A stretch of DNA of 38,527 bases. Origin: a virus. Lineage: Duplodnaviria > Caudoviricetes. The stretch covers positions 1-38,527 of the IMG/VR virus record IMGVR_UViG_3300049844_000180. One strand, 5' to 3'. Below, piece after piece: positions 35,220-38,527 of this stretch. A program made the position numbers and the translations under genes. The notes beneath the pieces are model-generated. The model was not told the origin of the DNA, ran no database searches, and worked only from the letters and a program-made list of their open reading frames with translations. Numbering within the stretch: position 1 is the first letter of the stretch; each line of letters opens with the position of its first letter.

Positions 35220-36482
35220 TTAAATGTAGTGCGAAACTCTTGCGGCAATCCTTTTTTCCATCGGGAAAAGCTTGTAGGCGGCGTATCCGAGGGCATCGCT
35301 AATATGCCCGAGCATCTTATCTTTCCCTTCGTATAAATCGCCATCTTTCCATACAACTTTTTCTAAATCATTAATTAGCTTGCCGCAACGCTTGTGTATC
35401 TTAATCTTATTATTATAGAGCAATCTATTCAAGTTATTAACCCGGTCGTTTACATAAGGGTTTCTTGTAGGCTCAACTATAAAGTTACTCTCCCTTAAAA
35501 TTTGATGATCGGTTTTCCCGGATGTTTTTCTATTTGCTCCTGTACTATCGGGGATAACATTGCCCTGGTAATTTTTAAGAACAAGATGGTTACACATTTT
35601 AAAAGTATCACTATTTTCTAAATAAACCTCGTCAAGTACACATAGGATATCATCGATCACTTGACAAATCACGGCGGTCATTGGGTGCACGTTAAAATCC
35701 ATTCCAATAAATAAAGTGCCAGGAATCCTTTTTAAATCATCAACAACATGAATATCTCTCTTAAAAGAATAATAGGCGGTGCCATCGCTATCGTCACCAA
35801 ATAGGCCTTTCTTAAATCGATCCCGGTCTTTATCAGGTAGCTCGTCAAGCATATCTAAGTAATCCTTATCGATATTATCTAAATTATCCTCGGGATTCAT
35901 TAATATTGATGAGTAAAGCTCGGGGTTATTTAATGGAGAGTTATTCGCGGGATTTATTTTTTTTTGAAACAACCAATAAGACCAGTGCGATTTGCTCGGT
36001 GGGTTTTCATCGAAGTAAGCTCGTTTCTTAAGGTTGTTTTTTTCTGCAAGCCTTGTTAGGGCCATTGAAACTTCGGGGTAATTTATTTGAGATGATTCGT
36101 TAAAATAGATTGTTGAAAACTCATGACCCAATATTTTTTCAACACGCTCTTGGCTATCCAGGCCGGCAAACCAAATCTCGCTTCCATTTGGTAGGGTTAA
36201 ATAGTAATCGGACTTAGATGGTTTATAGGGTAAGTTTGGAAAGCATAAGTGCATCACCTTAGGAAATGTATCAAGAAAGATTGAGGTTTTTACATGGTTA
36301 AATCTTGAGCGAAAAACAACGTGGCGGGATTTTTCTTTGCAGGCCCTTATGATGATCGAGTAGAGGAGAATAAAAGTTTTTCCCGATCTTGAGCCACCGT
36401 AAAGCATATTATATTTATAATCAGAAGAGAGCATAGCGATTGCCTCCTCTTGCTTTGGTGTTTTCTTAAAGGTTAGCATCAT
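35220..36482 (-). CDS. terL: Terminase large subunit
   Basis: Walker A YGGSRSGKT, Walker B-like IYFNE, NPP coupling motif, nuclease GMDFN and HISDALGY. Confidence 0.95.
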   Translation of the reverse strand: MMLTFKKTPKQEEAIAMLSSDYKYNMLYGGSRSGKTFILLYSIIIRACKEKSRHVVFRSRFNHVKTSIFLDTFPKVMHLCFPNLPYKPSKSDYYLTLPNGSEIWFAGLDSQERVEKILGHEFSTIYFNESSQINYPEVSMALTRLAEKNNLKKRAYFDENPPSKSHWSYWLFQKKINPANNSPLNNPELYSSILMNPEDNLDNIDKDYLDMLDELPDKDRDRFKKGLFGDDSDGTAYYSFKRDIHVVDDLKRIPGTLFIGMDFNVHPMTAVICQVIDDILCVLDEVYLENSDTFKMCNHLVLKNYQGNVIPDSTGANRKTSGKTDHQILRESNFIVEPTRNPYVNDRVNNLNRLLYNNKIKIHKRCGKLINDLEKVVWKDGDLYEGKDKMLGHISDALGYAAYKLFPMEKRIAARVSHYI

Positions 36483-36843
36483 TGCTTGCGATAGTTATCT
36501 CAATCTTATTATTTGTTGAGTTTATCTCCGTCTTATCTGCCCATCCACAAACGTTCTTAAGGCAGAAAATCATCATAGTAACATTCCCGCCCATTGCCAT
36601 ATCGAGGGCCTTTGTAACTAGACCTAATCGGACGCCTGCCATCTTTTTGTCGCGGTACTCCGAGAACGTAATGCCATGCTCTGCTTTAATCATATTCTCG
36701 AGAGTGTCCTCACTACATTTCATCATCTCGGCGGTATCTGATAAAGATGGTTTTTTCTCGAGGTACTTGTTGAGCACATCCCAATCAAAGGGATCGCCTG
36801 GTTTTCGTCTTGGGATTTGATTATTGTTTTTCGAGCGTGCCAC
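36466..36843 (-). CDS. terS: Terminase small subunit
   Basis: HTH region, A..GNVTM.IF.LKN..GW.DK motif, overlaps terL; GTG start after a GGAGG SD. Confidence 0.85.
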   Translation of the reverse strand: MARSKNNNQIPRRKPGDPFDWDVLNKYLEKKPSLSDTAEMMKCSEDTLENMIKAEHGITFSEYRDKKMAGVRLGLVTKALDMAMGGNVTMMIFCLKNVCGWADKTEINSTNNKIEITIASNDANL

Positions 36844-36872
36844 TGGTCACCCTCCTTTTTGGAAAAGACACT

Positions 36873-36909
36873 ATTATATTATTGTATCAGAAATAGAGAC
36901 CTATGGAAC
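36873..36909 (-). promoter_or_regulatory. Candidate promoter for the packaging/late operon
   Basis: Extended -10 TGATACAAT (36889-36881) and a second TATAAT (36878-36873) upstream of terS; poor -35. Confidence 0.45.
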
Positions 36910-36936
36910 ATTGATTTGCGGCAAGTGAGATTTGAT

Positions 36937-37143
36937 TTAATTTGCATGATACAAAAACCAAATGCGCCTCCTAATCTCCCATTTTTTAATCTCAGGTAAT
37001 CTTTTGAAATCTAACTTGCTCTCAGTATTATGTAAATGTTTACGATAAAGATTAGTAATGTAGCTTTTGTTAATTGCATTTGATTCGGTTTCTTTGGTGG
37101 GTAATTCGGTCGGTTTATCTCTATTGGGGCACTTGCTCGCCAT
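36937..37143 (-). CDS. Hypothetical basic protein (68 aa)
   Basis: GGGGG/GAGG upstream of ATG 37143. Confidence 0.45.
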   Translation of the reverse strand: MASKCPNRDKPTELPTKETESNAINKSYITNLYRKHLHNTESKLDFKRLPEIKKWEIRRRIWFLYHAN

Positions 37144-37393
37144 TGCTATCCCCCGTTTCCTCAATGTAAATGTAAGTTAAATTCCCGAGCATCATGTTGC
37201 TAACTTTAATCCTCATTCTCGCTTTGAATGAGATTGATGGCTTTGTAGTTTTATATAAAAACAGAGAGCTCCCAGGGCCAACGGGTATGGCAGTTTTCTC
37301 AGTTGGCATATCCCCATCCCAGATTTGAATTGGGTGCGACGTTTTATTATGTAGCCTTGCCTTTGGATTGGTAGGTGGCTTTACTCTTTTCAT
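37121..37393 (-). CDS. Hypothetical protein (90 aa)
   Basis: AGGAG SD. Confidence 0.65.
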   Translation of the reverse strand: MKRVKPPTNPKARLHNKTSHPIQIWDGDMPTEKTAIPVGPGSSLFLYKTTKPSISFKARMRIKVSNMMLGNLTYIYIEETGDSNGEQVPQ

Positions 37394-37412
37394 CTTAACT
37401 CCTATTTTATTT

Positions 37413-37443
37413 AAAAAAAAGGGAGGGCCATTTGCTCCCTCCC
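37413..37443 (-). terminator. Rho-independent terminator
   Basis: GGGAGGG/CCCTCCC stem followed by T8. Confidence 0.8.
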
Positions 37444-37474
37444 TTACGATTAACTTTTCTCTGGGAGAAAAAAG

Positions 37475-37726
37475 TTAATAATTACCAGATTCAATATCAA
37501 TGAGCCTTGCCTTAATCTCTCTTTCGCTCACTATGTAAGCGTTATCATTTCCTCTAACGGTATAGTTAAAAACATAATTCTCAATGCAATCAGAGGGGCC
37601 GTGAATCATTCTCTCATCTTTTGATTTACTAACAAGCTCACCAATCTCGTCAATGACTCCAAAAAATCGCTTGCCCAATCTTTCAAACTCTACAACTTGA
37701 CCTTTGAGATATTTTGGTTGTTTCAT
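37475..37726 (-). CDS. Hypothetical protein, SH3/KOW-like pattern (83 aa)
   Basis: PKY..GQ.V...G.I.EI and Y.V...V.E.EI pattern; AAGGAG SD. Confidence 0.65.
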   Translation of the reverse strand: MKQPKYLKGQVVEFERLGKRFFGVIDEIGELVSKSKDERMIHGPSDCIENYVFNYTVRGNDNAYIVSEREIKARLIDIESGNY

Positions 37727-38184
37727 GGCGTCTCCTTAATCGCGCTTGCGTTAATACCGTTAAATATGCGCTCATTCTCTTGGATTATATTCTCGTATGG
37801 TGCTATGGCCTCTTTAAGAGTCGAGCCACAAGTACCAACATAAGTTACTCCATTGATCATGTGAGCATATTCCGCAATGCCCTCAATGAATCCTCTTAGA
37901 TAATGATTCCTTTCTTTTAATTTGTTTTTAAGTTCATCCGACACAATCGCCTTTTCGTTTCCTAACCTTTCATAATTTTCCATGAAATTTTTAAGTAAAG
38001 CACTTATCGATTGCCCGTTATTAAACTCAAAACAGCTATCATCACCAAAAACAAAAGTTTCAATCTTGGTGTTAGAATCCTCTGTAAAGGCAATACACGC
38101 AATTCTCTTGTACTTTCCATTGAAGTATTTCTTAATTCCAGAGATAAGGTTTAACTCCTCCTCTCTTGATCTTTGATCACTCAT
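37723..38184 (-). CDS. Hypothetical phage protein (153 aa)
   Basis: Start reassigned to ATG 38184 (AGGATTAGGGCC upstream), which avoids overlap with the upstream gene. Confidence 0.65.
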   Translation of the reverse strand: MSDQRSREEELNLISGIKKYFNGKYKRIACIAFTEDSNTKIETFVFGDDSCFEFNNGQSISALLKNFMENYERLGNEKAIVSDELKNKLKERNHYLRGFIEGIAEYAHMINGVTYVGTCGSTLKEAIAPYENIIQENERIFNGINASAIKETP

Positions 38185-38197
38185 GGCCCTAATCCTT

Positions 38198-38518
38198 TTA
38201 TTGAATAATCTTATTGTCTTTGTTTTTAATCGCTCTTTCCAATACCTTGAGGTACTCCTTTGAATAAGCATCAACCGCTTTTTTAACAGTTTCCATAAAC
38301 TCATCGGTAGTCTTTTCAATATCGTCTTTCCCTTTGGTGTGTAGGGTAACCAAGAGAGATATGTTTGCAGCGGCGATGTTTAAAAGCCCAGATTGCACCC
38401 TAATTATTTCCTCTTTATCGCCCGATTCAAACGACTTTTTCACCTTGTTAGCTAATTCAAGTTTTATTTTGGTAAGGTAAATTTCAAATTCAAGGGGCTT
38501 AATATCTCTGTCTTTCAT
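38198..38518 (-). CDS. Hypothetical helical protein (106 aa)
   Basis: ORF at the window edge; SD not fully visible. Confidence 0.6.
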   Translation of the reverse strand: MKDRDIKPLEFEIYLTKIKLELANKVKKSFESGDKEEIIRVQSGLLNIAAANISLLVTLHTKGKDDIEKTTDEFMETVKKAVDAYSKEYLKVLERAIKNKDNKIIQ

Positions 38519-38527
38519 TCTCTAATC

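Larger units (their letters stand above)
1..38527 (-). mobile_element. Tailed dsDNA bacteriophage genome (siphovirus-like), complete or near-complete
   Basis: Packaging, head, neck, non-contractile tail, lysis, recombination and replication modules in lambdoid-like order; no host housekeeping genes at either end. Confidence 0.93.

Noticed and set aside
493-38176. Numerous other plus-strand and nested ORFs in the track
   Set aside because: They overlap well-supported minus-strand genes and lack SDs or motifs; only 6729-7166, 7168-7389 and 7715-8188 are accepted on the plus strand
1-38527. Stop-codon reassignment
   Set aside because: Standard code gives dense, full-length genes, and TAA, TAG and TGA are all used as stops

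Overview
The whole window reads as a complete or near-complete genome of a long-tailed dsDNA phage (siphovirus-like Caudoviricetes, about 38.5 kb). Lipoproteins and a lytic transglycosylase suggest a Gram-negative host. Almost all genes are on the minus strand. Right to left: small early genes; terS/terL/portal; two paralogous virion-morphogenesis genes; scaffold; major capsid; an unusually large block of accessory virion genes ending in a permuted papain-like (NlpC/P60) enzyme; adaptor, tail terminator and tail tube; tail assembly chaperone with a clear G-GGA-AAC -1 frameshift; tape measure; tail-tip and fibre genes; small genes (lipoprotein, Zn ribbon, Lar-like); lysis cassette; a mixed-strand island (metzincin protease, RHH regulator); RecE-like exonuclease with a probable annealing protein; lambda O-like initiator with four internal iterons; helicase-loader-like protein; VRR-NUC nuclease; small hypotheticals. 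I see no integrase, CI-like repressor, DNA polymerase, reverse transcriptase, tRNA or CRISPR array. The most unusual element is the last tail-region gene (11350-13104). It encodes a fibre/receptor-binding-like protein with a Sec signal peptide and 16 cysteines, built from AT-rich domain segments separated by short GC-rich linkers, which suggests a secreted, disulfide-bonded, cassette-swappable adhesin. All family assignments are by motif recognition and gene order, without database searches.
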